A stretch of 64,000 nt of DNA, taken from NCBI GenBank assembly GCA_043228905.1, contig JBHGNT010000017.1, forward strand, positions 11,904,001-11,968,000, read 5' to 3'. Below, piece after piece: positions 17,866 through 32,230 of this stretch (its first letter is position 1; every line of letters begins with the position of its first letter). A model generated the notes under the pieces. The model was not told the origin of the DNA and made no database searches. It saw only the letters and a list, made by a program, of their open reading frames with translations. The position numbers and the translations under genes are program-made. This stretch comes from Azolla caroliniana (Eukaryota; Plantae; Polypodiophyta).

Positions 17866-20800
17866 TGTTGAGAATCAAGCTCAACTTGGTTTAGTGTGTG
17901 AACTCACCTTGAGAGTGAATAGACACTCCAACGGTCAAGAGTCACCATTAAGTCACCACTTTGTATTTTAGCATTTAGTATGAGTCATAGAATCATATTC
18001 TATGACACATAACTTATGAGCTTTCACATTCCCCATGCTCCATGAGTCTTGTAGTTAATGAAGAGAGAGGGTGACTACATAAAGCACCCTCCTCCCACCT
18101 TGTATAATGTTGAGTCTTTCTCCTTTGTTAACATACTCTTACCTTGCGTATTCTCTGTGTCTTATTCCTTGTCTCTCTCACTCTCTCTCATACACACACA
18201 TAACTCATATCTCTTCCGCTTCACAAGAATCCATATCCGATTCTTTACATGGTATCAGAGCGATTTGGTAGCTCGATCTAGCCCATTCGCCTCATCGTGA
18301 TCGTGTGTTGTGCTCCACGCCGACGACCAAGAACCAGCTCATCGCTATCGTAGCTTCGCTACATAGCTCGCATTCGAAGAGAGAAGAAGAAGAAGAAGAA
18401 GAATCGACATAATGAATACTCAATCTCCCTACCGAGAAGTTGGATAGAAACAACTTCGCATCTTGGGAGTACAAGATGCACCAATACCTTGTCGGACAAG
18501 GTTATTGGAGCTACATCAAAGGAGCGTATGAAGACTGACCCGCCGAAGCGGCTCCCGGATATGCGACATGGGAGCAAGCCGCAAGCCGCGTGATGTATTG
18601 CTTGGCGACATGTGTTCACGATCACATGCTCGACTACATTCGCGAAGCCAAGACGCCGAAGGAGGCATGGGAAAATCTACGAAAGATTTTCGCGGCGAAC
18701 ACAACCGCAAGAAGGCTTCAACTCTGCCAAGAGTTGAAAAACATTTAACAAAGGGACATGTCCATTACGACATACACCTCGAAGATCAAGGAGCTTTGCG
18801 ATTCTCTCGGCACAATAAGCGTAAATATCGATGATGATGAGATGGTTCAAATATGCCTCGGCGGCCTCACACCACGGTTCGGCGCGATGCGAACCACCGT
18901 TCTAGCACGGGAGAAATCTCCCTCCTTCTTCGAGCTCCAATCAATGCTATTGGTCGAAGAAAACCACGTGCGTACAAGGAGCAATGAGTCGGAAGGCCAC
19001 ATGCTCTACACGCACTCGAACGGAGGAAGAGGACGTGGACAACCGAGAGGCGGATTGGGCCAAGGACAAGGCGGACGAGGTTCGACCTACGATAACAACT
19101 CCCAATTTTGGCCGCAAAACGGAAGCCAACGAGGAACCTTCGCAAGAAGGGGGAGCTTCCACTCCAACCCGAGCCGTCAAAAGGCAATCGAATGCGGATA
19201 TTGCGGAAAGCACGACCACCACGAAGAAGAGTGCCGAAAGAAGATGCGTGAATCGGCTTCCACAAGCCGACAACTCACAAATTATGCGGACAATTATGAC
19301 TACGAAGAGTATAGCGGAATGTACGGGAACAACTCCAACTACGAAGATCGTGGCGGAATGTATGCACGCAACTCCGACCGTGGCGGAATGTTCATGATGA
19401 AACATAGAGTAAACTCTATGTCGGCCTCTACCTCAACTAGTACCCTCAATCCGGAGGACGTATGGTTTGTTGACTCCGGAACCTCAAACCATATGACATC
19501 CCATAAAGAATGGTTTCTCGAACTTCGAGAGCCGGAGCGACCCGGTTATGTCGAAACCGGAGATGACACTACACACCCGATTCAGCACATCGGCAATGTT
19601 CTGTTCGGTGAAAGAGGTAAGCAAACATAAATTAAAAATGTCTTGCATGTTCCCACCATCACGAAGAATTTGGTCTCGGTCGGCCAAATTGTTGAGCAAG
19701 GAATGCAAGTACGATTCGACCAAGAAGGGTGCTTCATTGAAAAAGAAGGCCGAATCATCGCATGTGGAAGAAGAGAGGGCCGGATGTTCATTCTCGATTC
19801 ACACGGGATGAAATCCTCCATGTTCGCGAAAAGCATGAAAGCCGACTCCGACATAGAGCTATGGCATAAGCGAATCGACCACATCAATCTCAACAAACTC
19901 AATGCAATGAAATCGAAAGGAGTTGTCATCGAACTCCCGACATTCAAAGAGAAGGAGATTGAAGGTGTATGCGAAGCGTGCCAATTCGGCAAGCAACACC
20001 GACACCCATTTCTGAAGGAGCGGAACGTGAGCAAAGGCGTACTTGACGTAATTCATTCCGATGTATAGGGTCCGGCTCAAATGGCAACATTCGGCGGATG
20101 CTGATATTACGTGCTCTTCATCGACGACTTTTCTAGGCACACTTGGATCTATCCGATGCGGCGAAAGAGCGAAGTGTTTAGACACTTCCAAAAATTCAAG
20201 AATGAAGTCGAGAAAGCCACGGGTCGACATGTACGATGTCTCCGATCGGATGGCGGCAAGGAGTACTTCTCGCACGATTTCACGGCGTATCTCCGAAAGG
20301 AAGGAATTCGGCAAGAATTCACTTGCCGACACACTCTACAACAAAATGGGGTAGCTGAGCGCAAAAATCGGCACATCCTCGAAGTAGCGCGGGCAATGAT
20401 GAATGAGAAGCATATGCCCAAGTCTTATTGGGCCGAAGCTGCAAATACGGCCGTCTACCTAATGAACCGGTGCACAACATCCGGCGTGCACGGGGTCACT
20501 CCGCACGAAAGATTCTTCGGAAAGAAGCCGAACCTATCACATGTTCGGATATTCGGCTCCATTGCGTACGTGCACATCCCCGACGAGAAGCATCAAAAGC
20601 TCGACCCGAAGTCGGAGAAATGTATCCTCGTAGGATACTCACTGGAGCAAAAGGGGTACAAGTGCTACAACCCCTCAACTCGAAAATCTCGAGTAAGTCG
20701 AGACGTCATTTTTTACGAGTCCGCATCCTGGTACGCACCAGAGACAACTTCGACTCCGACTCCGCTCGACCCGGAATCCACCGAACAAGAGATAAAGGTT

Positions 20801-22921
20801 GAAGATCGCCTTACGCGCATGGTCAAAGAAAGTCTGATCACGACCTAACTGAGCGGACCACAAGAGCCTTTGAGCGATCAAAGCACATCACAGCCTAGCC
20901 CGAAGATGGACAAAGGCAATACGAAAATGTCGGAATACGAAGACGATTGCTTCGCCGACAATGCGTCGACTCACTCACTCCACAGTGAGTTTGGCGGCTT
21001 CGATGTACCAATCGGAGCTAAGAAAGCCCTCATCTCTGCAAATGAAAAGCTGTGTTGCTCCACCCGTGAAAAGAATCCGGTTAGCTGATTCGGCTACAAT
21101 GACTACATGGCATATCACTATGCCTTTATGATGAAGGTGGCGACAATACGCGAGCCGGAAACATTCTCCGAAGCAGCCAAGGATCCGCGATGGATCAAAG
21201 CCATGAACGAGGAGATGCAGGCACTACGCAAGAACGAGACGTGGGATCTCGTTCCCATCTCACCACACAAAAAGGCGATTGGATGCAGATGGATTTACAA
21301 AGTGAAGTAGAACGCCGACGGCTTCGTCAACCACTACAAAGCGCAACTCGTAGCGAAAGGCTACGCCCAAACGCACAGAGTTGACTACGAGGAGACCATT
21401 GCCCCTGTGGCAAAGATGACAACGGTGCGGACCGTAATTGCGCTTGCCGCGGCGAATGGGTGGCACCTCCATGAAATGGACGTCAAGAACTCCTTTCTAC
21501 AAGGCGAATTAGAAGAGGAGGTGTACATTATACAACCACCCGGCTTCAACTCGTGCACCCATCTGAAAGCTGTATGCCGACTCAAGAAGCCACTCTACGG
21601 CCTCAAGCAAGCACCGCGTGCTTGGCATTCGAAGATAACGCAATATCTTCATCATATTGGATTCCGTATGTCAAAATCGGACAACTCCCTCTACATACGA
21701 AGCGATTCCGGAAGTCCGATCGTCATCATCTTATATGTGGATGACCTAGTCATTGGAGGTGAGCATCTCGTCGAAATCAATAAGGTCAAATCCCTCCTTT
21801 CCGACAAGTTCGAGATGACGGACATGAAGGAGCTCCACTACTTCCTAGGCATCGAGGTAATTCAAACTCTGGCCGGAATCATGATCTCTCAACGGCACTA
21901 TATCCTCAACTTGTTATACAAGTTCAGAATGGCTGAATGCAAATCCGCGACAACCCCGCTCTATCGCAATCTCAGACTAGATGCGAACTCCGGCACCAAA
22001 GTGTGTGAGCCAACTCAGTATCGGCAACTCATCGGGAGTCTCATCTACCTCACAATCACTCGACCAGATCTCAATTATCCGGTCGGTCTCCTTAGTCAAT
22101 TCATGCAAACACCGCGTGATACTCACTTGGATTGCGCTAAGCGAGTTCTACGGTACGTGAGCGGCACAATGGATTGCGGCATCCTCTACAAGACCACGAT
22201 GCTAATACGCCTCGAGGGGTACACTGAGGCCGATTGGGCCGGGTACAAAGCCGATAGAAGATCAACTACCCAAGCTTGAGGGGGAGTACTGAAGAGATTA
22301 CACAATAACATGTGGATTACACAACCGCGCAACGAAGCTGCGAAGAGCCGATCTACCGCGCAAAGCCATGAAGAAAGACGCAAGCCGAAGCACAAACTTC
22401 ACAACTACGCACAACGCAATCTGGACCACGGGTTCCGCAACTCCGCAGAAATGCGAGTCAACGCGGACTTCGGAACGCGAGTCGAAGCGGATTTCGGATA
22501 CCGTCTGAAACCGACCCGACTTGAGCTTGAGGGGGCGTGTTGAGAATCAAGCTCAACTTGGTTTAGTGTGTGAACTCACCTTGAGAGTGAATAGACACTC
22601 CAACGGTCAAGAGTCACCATTAAGTCACCACTTTGTATTTTAGCATTTAGTATGAGTCATAGAATCATATTCTATGACACATAACTTATGAGCTTTCACA
22701 TTCCCCATGCTCCATGAGTCTTGTAGTTAATGAAGAGAGAGGGTGACTACATAAAGCACCCTCCTCCCACCTTGTATAATGTTGAGTCTTTCTCCTTTGT
22801 TAACATACTCTTACCTTGCATATTCTCTGTGTCTTATTCCTTGTCTCTCTCACTCTCTCTCATACACACACATAACTCATATCTCTTCCGCTTCACAAGA
22901 ATTCATATCCGATTCTTTACA
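17866..22921 (+). mobile_element. Ty1/Copia, both LTRs present, pseudogenised, RNase H largely deleted
   Basis: 384-bp LTRs 17866-18249 and 22538-22921; TSD GAAAG; PBS tggtatcagagc 18250-18261; PPT tgaggggg. Domains: gag with CGYCGKHDHHEEEC, protease DSGTSNHM, GAG-pre-integrase LWHKRI, integrase (SDGGKEY, QNGVAERKNR), RT LYVDD. About 8 stops. Confidence 0.95.
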
Positions 22922-23163
22922 GAAAGAAAAGTCATCATGTAGAGGCGAGGAGCGAATGGGCACTTTGAAAAGGTATGGTGGGTGGCTAATTAAAGCCTTT
23001 AAAAATAGGCGCACCACGTGTCAACCAACTGCTATAATAGTACAGGACGTGCATGCACGGGAATCAAGAAAAGGCGCCACACATGGAGAAAGAAAACCTT
23101 CGCCGCGTAGAGTGCCTTTCATTTTGTGAACACAGAGATCTCAATGTCCACAGGTGATTACGA

Positions 23164-26050
23164 GTGATCAGGCGAGAGCAAGCAGAGCAAGCAGAGCTCG
23201 CAGGCGCACCCATCTTACCACAACCTACCGACTCCGAAGACAACATGGAATGCATGGTACTCTCAAAAGCGGCTAAGAAATGGCTAAAGCAACACGGTCT
23301 AGAGGGATTCTTGCAAATAATCGAAGCACCGCCACACGTAGATGCGGAAAATGTCGTTAAAGACATCGACACGGATGTCATCATCGAGGAAGCCATCCAA
23401 GCCATGACCGGCCTACCGGAAAGGGGAATCTACTCGATCGACAACCCTTTGCAGGAGCTGCTAACGAGGTATTTTGGGGAATACTCCCTGGGCAGCAAGG
23501 CGTACCACACGCAAGGCGGTGAAGACCTTTTGTTTCGGGAAATTTCTCGGGTACTCCATGAGTATGGCCATGTGTACTCCCGACCACCGGCGATACCCAG
23601 GAATAGAGTTGGTTTGATCATAGCCACCTACGAGGGAGTACAGGTGGATTGGCCAGTAATGATTGCCGACGGCCTGAGCGCTGCCATCATCTCGATAAAA
23701 GATGGCAAAAAGATGTGGACAGCAGTGGTGTAATGGCTCACTCTATTAGCACCGCCGGCAGAGCCCATGAGAAAAAGGAAGAGGGGAAGATCGACAAAAG
23801 CGACCCCCAAAATAGCTTCAAAACGGCAACAACTCCTGGCTACCCAGGCGAAGGAACGACCTTATGGGAAGCGGCTGGCAGAGAAGGAGGCATCGGTGGA
23901 CACCTCGGGGAGACCGTTGAAAATCAAGTTGCGCCTATTGGAACAACAAGCAGAGCAACAACCGTAGAAAATGTAGGGGCATGACCCCTTGGCGGCGTTC
24001 ATCAACAACGAGACCCTGGAAGAAGAACAATAGAAAGACGAGCTAACCAAGATGCTCCAACGACATCACCAGACAAGGGAAAAGGGCCACGAAGGGGGGA
24101 CATCAAGGCTAACGGAAGACAGTATACGGGACCCCCCCCCCCCCCTTGAGGAGCTGCAGTCGAGGAAGGCGGCAGAACTGGCTCAACAAGAATTGGGGAC
24201 GGAGCAAGGGCTGCGGTAGGACATCGCGGAACCAGCGGTCCATGACACGACAATACCGGTGAATCAAGAACCGATCATTGAATTACCGGCATCACCGTCG
24301 CAACAGCAACAGCCAGAACCAGTGACCAATGAAAATGCCATCCCACGACCAAAACTGGCACGACCACAAGGCACCGACAGTCGATGGTTTCGATGGGTAG
24401 CAGAATAAGTGACTGGTGTTGTCTGCCAATTAGAAGCGGAAGAGAAAGCGTAGGAAGCCCAGTTGCTAGCCACAACCAAGGAATTAGAGATGGCCTGGTC
24501 AAGAATCCGGAGCATAGAAGAAGACATAGAGAAGGCCAGAACAGACATGGCCAAGTTGGTCATAGAAGACCACAACAATCCAAACCGGTGGCTCCAGTAA
24601 CTCGACAGAATGATCAAACCCTAGTGATGGCAGTAGATCCAGATACTTATGAATCATCAACACAGGAGCTCGCCACACTAAGGGAAGACCTGGCAGCACA
24701 AGAAGCCTTACGAGCCAGGGAAGAAGAATTGAAAAGAGCAGCGGAGGAGGAACAAAGGAGAACGGCCGACAACCTCCGCCGAACAGAGGAAAGCTTGAGA
24801 AGAGGGCATCAAGCATATGATTGGCTGAAAGAAGAAAAAGACAAACTCCTGCAAGAAAAAGAGAAACTCTGGAGGACGGCGGAAGTGGAGATTGAGCGCC
24901 TCAAAGAAGAGCTCGGCAACAAAAAGACCGTGAGGACCGCGCTCGCCGGCTTATAAATCAAAAGCTCAAATAGAAAACCGATGACTTCGACCAACTGCAC
25001 CGGGATTATAAGCATTTGGATGCTGATCATAAGAAATTGACTACCAAAAGTGACCGACAACAAGAAAAATGCAGAGAACTCCAGGAGGAAGTTAACCAGT
25101 TGACGACGACAATGATGGAAGAGCAGTCGAAGGGAGCCGAAGTAGCGAAACAACTGGCAACAGCAGCGAAAGAGCGACTAGACCTACAAGTACAGCACCG
25201 TGCGGAAACGGAGCGTGCTACAATGGCTCTGAACAGAATTCAGATGACATATAAGACCCAACTCATGCACTATACAGAAGCCAAGAAGTGGCAACCGCAA
25301 GCTTGATCAAACAATTGAAGGACGAAAAACAGGCCGTGGAAAACAAGTCGAAGATGGGGCTGGGGCGGATTCGGGACATCGTACTGGCATGGAGGAATCG
25401 AACGAAGCAATTGGTGGAAGAAAGCTCAGTAAAGTGGTGGTCGAAGTGGGCTAAGCAGGCAACAGAGCTATAGTTGCTGCGGTAAGATGCGGAAAACCGG
25501 CGGAAAGAGGGCGACGAAGTTTACATCCTGGATAAAGAGAGCATTGAAGAAATAAAAGATGAACTGTCGAATGATTTCATATCCTTGGCTGATGAGAAGA
25601 GGGTGGCGGTATGCCAGTTGGTGGCACAGCTTGAGAAGACCAGTTGGACAACCAACTCCATTTCGAAAAGTACGAACGGGAACGGCGACGACAAGAAGTG
25701 GCCAAGAAAACTGCGGCGATTAGCATAAGTGAGGAGGAGCCATCTTCAAAGCAAACGCCGGTTAAAGCCGGGGGAAGCCAACCAGAGAGTACTCAAGAGG
25801 AGTTGTTAGAGGAAGACCATCCGTAGGAACCGGTGCATGTCGGGCAGCAGAGCTAGGAGACGCCAAGGCCGGTTGAGCTGGAAAAGGAGGAAGAGCCGGT
25901 AAGACCAGTCGAGCCGGAAATGGATACAGAGCCGGTTAGACCGACGGAGCTGCAGGCAACGAACGTCAACCAACATCAGCCACAACCGGAGCCGGAACGG
26001 CAAGAAGAGCAGCCAGAACCGCATGAACATCAGGAGGAGGAACAACAGTA
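23164..26050 (+). pseudogene. Extra ORF of the Athila/Tat-like element between pol and the 3' LTR (globular N-terminus, coiled-coil middle, E/Q/P-rich tail)
   Basis: Chain of same-strand ORF fragments (23164, 23767, 24384, 25016, 25288, 25644) broken by stops and frameshifts; heptad-rich E/K/R segments. Confidence 0.6.
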
Positions 26051-29000
26051 GCAACAGGCTACAAAACAACTTCCCGAAGAACCATTGGAACCCTTAGATT
26101 AGAGCATTCTGGACATTTTGGAGGATGAATGAAGGCCAGATCGTGGGATTTGACGTACAAGGTATTGTCCCATGGGCATGCCATGTGTTAGCCGGCCGGC
26201 AAGGGAAGTCCAGAATGGGAACCGAGGGGATAATTAATAACTGGGAGTTGATTATATATTTATATAGAATTATTATGATTTGAGAAGCGAACGGACGGAC
26301 ACAGAATCGGTATGCCGATCCGGATCTGGATCGGTTCGTAGCCGGTTGCCGGTTGGCACTGGTTTGTACCTAAAGCCGGAGACCTATAAAAGGGCCCGAC
26401 TAGATTGTAATCATCAGCGGATAATTAATAGAGTGCTTTTGTTCTGTATTTTAATCATTGTTAATTACCGTTTTGTGCTAAGTGTAATTTATCCTACGTG
26501 TGTACTGTGACTAATGATCCTGCCACTTAGTAACCATTAATTGTCGGTCTAACTCTATCTCACCACAACACCCATTTGGTGAAGTGTCTCAGAGGGACAC
26601 CCTGTGTTAGGCCATTGTCTGGCCCTAGCGATAACACGTGGAGCTCATGCTCAATGTAGTTTCTAACTTCTTAAAGACTTGCGTGGAGAAGTCACTAGTA
26701 AACTTTGGATCTCGATCACTCACGATATCCATCGGTAACCCATAAAAACGAAGTAACTCATCAACAAATTGGTAAGCCAATTTAGGAGCTGTTACCGTGG
26801 TTTTAGTATCAATAAATCTGACCATTTTAGTTAGTCTTTCAACCACAACCTAGATGGCATCATGACCTTTTTGGGTGCGAGGAAGGCTAACAATAAAATC
26901 CATGGATATACTTTCCCAGTTATTATTGGGAATGTCCAAGGGATGTAAAAGTCTTGCAGCTTTAAGTCACTCCGCTTTGTTAACCTGACATTGGTGACAT
27001 TTAGTCACATAGCTATGTATGTTAGGACGCATCTTAGGCCAATAAAATTGAGTGGAGATGAGAACGAGTGTACGATGTATTCCAGGGTGCCCTACTGAGG
27101 GTGCATCATGGCATTAAAAAAGAATCCTCTTTTTGACCTTGGGTAAATCTGGAACACAAACCTTCCCATTACGGTAGAGCAAACCGTTAGCAATGTGGAA
27201 GTATTCCTTCGAGGATGTGGTGGTGTCTGTTCCAGACTCAACTCTTGCCCAGTATTTTGCAAAATAACTGTCATCAGGATACTTTCCTCGAAGGTGATCA
27301 TAAAGATCTGATGTTATTTCAGTGAAGCTAAGCCTGTTAACTTCACGGATGCAACGTAGTGCATCAACGACAGTATTCATGGAACCTTTACGATATCGTA
27401 TGGAAAAATCAAAGTCCTAGATGAGATTAGCCCATCGTGCCTTACGACCTTTCAGGTCTTGTTGGTCACAAAAATATTTCAAGGACTCGTGGTCGGAAGT
27501 TACCACAAAGCGATTTCCATAAAGATAATGGCGCCATGTTTTGAGCGCATGTATAACTGCAAATAATTCCTTTTCTTGAACGGTATACCGACATTGAGCA
27601 GAATCAAGTTTCTTACTCTCGAATGCTATTGGTTTACCATCTTGATACAAGACAACACCTATAGCATAATCGCTTGCATCGGTTTCAACCTCAAAAGGTT
27701 TTGAAGGATTGGGTAAAAGAAGTGAAGGAGCCTTGCACACCAGGTCCTTGAGTTCCTTAAAGGCGAGGTCTAGTGTAGCATTCTAGACAATAGGTTTTGT
27801 AGACTTACGCGTTTGACCTTTTAGAAGATTAGTAAACGACGTCATCAATTGGGAGTAATTACGAAGGGATTTTCACAAAAACTCGACAAAACCAAGGAAT
27901 GATCGAACTTCTCGAATATTCCGAAGAGTGGGCCAAAGCTTGATTTTCTCGATGCGAGAAGGATCAATTTCAACTCCTCGTTCGGTTATGAGATGTCCAA
28001 GATAAGTAATTGATTTCTTGAAGAACTCACATTTTGAGATCTTCACGTAAAACTGTTTGTCACACAATGTTTGTAAAACAAAGTGGACATGTTTAGCATG
28101 TTCTTGTAATGTACGACTATAAACTAAAATATCATCCAAGAAAATAACGACAAATTTTCCAAGTTGTTCTCAGAAAATGTCATTCATTTCTTGTTGAAAT
28201 GTAGCCGGAGCATTGGTCAAACCAAAAGGCATAACCAAAAACTCATAATGGCCATAGCGCGTACGAAATGTCGTTTTAGGAACATCATCCTCACTTATAC
28301 GAATTTGATGGTAGCTAGTACGGAGATCAAGTTTCGTAAAATATGGAGCTCCCTGGAGACGGTCAATTAGATCGTCAGCTTGGGGCAATGGATACGAATT
28401 CTTGATCATCACTTTATTCAAGCGTCAGTAATTAATACATATACGCCATGTGCCCTCTTTCTTTTTAACCAAGAGAACTGGTGCCCCCCATTGAGATCTG
28501 CTATAACGTATATAACCCATTCATAAATAGTCCTTGAGTTGCTTATCTACCTCATCCTCTCCAGATCGACTTAAGCGATAAGGAGGTACACTTATTGGTG
28601 CAACGCCAGGTACAATATCTATACGATGGTCTATATTACGTTTAGGAGGTAAACCATCTGGTAGTTCACTCGGAAAAACATCACGAAAATCATTTAATAT
28701 TTCATCAAGTTGTTGTTGTTCAAAATATGTTAATTGAACGGAGACATTATCGATATTGTAAACATGAATGTCCGGATCAAGTACACAATGAAATAGAGTA
28801 GAACAAGACAACTCAGATATTGATGGACACGAGGAAACAATCAAGAGGGATTGTTTTTTGACACATTGAATAAAATGAGTACAATCGTTCAGTACAAAAG
28901 TTATTGAAAGATGAACCCAATCAATAAATAAAGAAGATTTTTTATTATAAAACCAGGGATAACCCAATATTACATCGTTGGTACAAAGATTCTTACATGG

Positions 29001-31655
29001 AAGTCTACTTCCTCTATATAAGTATCAATAGAAATTCCTAATGAATGAATTGCCGCGTTGATGTATTGTACTCTTCCATCAGCCAAGTGCATCGTGTAGG
29101 TGTGATCACTTACGGTGGGTTGGATTCCCCATATCTAAACCAAACGATCATTGACAAAGTTGTGTGAGCTTCCCGAATCAAATGAAAATTATACAAGAGA
29201 TCCATTGATATACCTATTTGCACATAGTAAATCATTGGGACCCAATACATAGTGAGGGAAGGAACATTGACAATTACTTAAATGATGTGTATAGACCTAA
29301 AGGACATTAGGAATCTGACCTTTATGGTTTGTAGCTTTAGCTTTGTTGTCGTGCTCTTGCCGTTGGAGCTTTCAACATTGCTCTTTTGTATGACCCTTCT
29401 TTTTGCAGAATACACAAAAAGGATGTTGTCGCTTACAATCGCGATCCATGAATTCGTTGGGTGTCTCGCGTTTCCCAACGAATTGCGATTGCTTAGTCCC
29501 GGGCGCTTCATTGGGTTTGTTGTGGTCCTTCTTCGAAGTGCGTTGATAGTGAAGAACTATTTCAACGACCTCGTCGAAGGATTTTGGATCCTTATCGTGC
29601 ACTATCCAGTGATAGTCCGAATTGGGGATGCCATTGACAAAAGAAGTTATTAACTAGTTGTCCCCTTCAAGACCCGATGTTTGGATTTGGGTTCTAGCAT
29701 GGTGGACATAGTCTTCTAGTGAGGAAAATTTCTGACTAGAGAGGTTCATTAAAACTTGTGCTGCCTCAGTTCGAGAGGGAGGTTGCAGAAATTGACCCTT
29801 GAAAACTGTGACAAAATTTGTCCAGGTATCGGGCAATTTCCCCAAAGTACGGAGCCCACGCCACCAGGCGGCGACCTTACCCCCTAGTTCTCAGCCGACA
29901 TATGCAATCTTCGTACTATCTGGCGTGGGATAGAGCTCAAAATGAGACTCCCATCGGCCTAGCCGCGTGCAGATTACTTGTTCGATTCTTTCCTTTTTGT
30001 CTCCCGTAAATGGCTTAACGACAAACGATGGTTCACCTTGTCCCTCATAAGGTCTATTAGTCTCACGTTGTAAACTAATGACATGTGCCTCGAGAGCACT
30101 TTGAGATTGCCGAAGTTCGGTCATCTGTTGAGCGATGAAACTAAGGTATTGGCTTATTTGCGAAAAATACATCTCAATGGACATTTGTCCAGGAGGATTC
30201 CCTTGAGTTCCTTCCGCTTGAGCGGATGACATGGGGTCGTTATTTTGAGCCATTAAATGATTATTTCTGGAAAAGAAATAGGATAAGGTCAGAGAGATAG
30301 TCATAACATCATGTCGTGATGTAAACATATCATGGGCGAACATTAATCGATATCATTATCTCACGTCAATACCCCTCTAGACATATAAGATGAGGTTCAA
30401 GATCAGGTTACTATGGTAACACAAAGGTGTTTTAAAAACCATGGGGGTGACGATTTAATGTCTTTCCCTGATCTCTATATCGATTTTTTCATGGCGGCTC
30501 CTTGAGGCTCAACCATGTATGTTTGCATCATGAATAGTTTATACACGAAAAAAATGTAACAATAAACTATGTTTCAGTGCCCACATATGTGGTTTCGGCT
30601 CTTTAAGTCCTATTACAAGGACCCCGAAGTGCACTTAGACCTTAAGTCTAAACATGTGTTATAGTCATATGTATCAACGATGTTGTATGGTCTTGGTCAT
30701 ATTTGAACTCGAGACCTCGAGAACAAATACATTAAACACTTGAGCCAACCAAGTAGATTGCTCTTCTTTGAATGTTTAATGTTTCATGCGTATAAGAGAT
30801 ATGCAAGGCATTTGCCCATATATGTTTTTTTAAAAGAAACATATATGTCAAGAGTCCTTATTTTGCCCTCATTTACTACAACTATGTTGGTACGTTACCT
30901 AACCTCAAATCTCGTAATTACGATGGCATACGCCAAAGTGCAACCTAATGGTCAAGCCAAATGAGCCCTCTTTTCATAGTAGGTCCACGTGGCCCATCAC
31001 ATGGTCACGTCATTACGAATGCCTCTCGTAAGAATGATCTCATGGTGGCATCGTATCCATGTAATGAGGGAGGGATGTTGGATACGTGTGTCATAGGAGC
31101 GACCTCACATGAAGTGGGTCAAGCCCTACGTACTCAACATCATTATGGCTATAGGCGTTTCTTTACGTAACGAAATATCAAAGTCACCAATGGGGATTTC
31201 AACAATAAAAAATTGTGGAAAAAAGGGATGGTGACAACGCTATTCTCACAAAAATGTGAGGACGGCCACCAAGATCCTTTCCCCGAAAAGGAAAACATTC
31301 GAGGTCGAAAGCATGCGAGTGGAAACAATTACCTATGTCCTTGACATAGCTAATTAGCTATGCAAAAAGCTACCATTGATAAATAGTCATTTTAGTAAAA
31401 AGCCATCATTAATAAATTAAGTATGCAAAAAACTACCATTGAAAATACTAGAGTGTTTTAATTACATATGTAAATGAGTGCCATAAATGTGTAACATAAA
31501 TTAATGTGTGCACCATAAATGTGTACCATAAATTATATATCGAATTCCTAGGTCCATTATGCATGATCCTTTGCCACATCACGTAGGCCATCTCTAGTTG
31601 AGTATTGTGGGTTAGTTGCTACCACTGTTGCTAAACCCTATCGAGTCCACCTGCC

Positions 31656-32230
31656 GCCACTCTACACTGAGGGGCCGCTACTGTGCGTTCCAAGCATAAT
31701 CAAAGAGCTGCTCAATCTGACGGGGTTCTCTTCTCTATGACACTCTACACTCAGGGGCCACTGCTGATCATTCCAAGCATCATCAAAGAGCTATTCAATC
31801 TGACGGGGTTCTCTTCTCTGTGCCACTCTACACTCAGGGGCCGCTATTGTGCGTTCCAAGCATCATCAAAGAGCTGTTCAATCTGACGGGGTTCTCTTCT
31901 CTGTGCCACTCTACACTCAAGGGCCGCTACTGTGCGTTCCAAGCATCATCAAAGAGTTGTTCAATCTGACGGGGTTCTCTTCTCTTTGCCACTCTACACT
32001 CAGGGGCCGCTACTGTGCGTTCCAAGCATTATCAAAGAGCTGTTCAATTTGACGGGGTTCTCTTCTCTGTGCCACTCTACACTCAGGGGCCGCTACTGTG
32101 CGTTCCAAGCATCATTGGTAACTGTTCAATCTGACGGGGTTCTCTTCTCTGTGCCACTCTACTCTCAGGTGCCTTCTCTGTGCATTCCAAGCATCATCGG
32201 TAACTGTTCAATCTGACGGGGTTCTCTCCT
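31656..32230. repeat. 83-bp minisatellite, ~7 copies, decaying to ~32420
   Basis: Unit gccactctacactcaggggccgctactgtgcgttccaagcatcatcaaagagctgttcaatctgacggggttctcttctctgt. Confidence 0.93.

Larger units (their letters stand above)
9946..26636 (+). mobile_element. Non-chromovirus Ty3/Gypsy (Athila/Tat-like) with three LTRs and an extra 3' ORF; integrase core deleted
   Basis: TG..CA LTRs at 9946-10407, 10800-11262 and 26186-26636; TSD CGTGG (9941-9945, 26637-26641); PBS tggcgacc after LTR2. gag 11230-12681 with two Zn knuckles; protease IVDGGSG (~15580); RT 16325-17035 (FLDD); RNase H fused by deletion to the integrase C-terminus (~17357); extra ORF 23164-26050. Confidence 0.9.

Noticed and set aside
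31656-32230. 83-bp repeat as a CRISPR array or coding repeat ORFs
   Set aside because: Whole units repeat with no unique spacers; the ORFs are by-products of the repeat.
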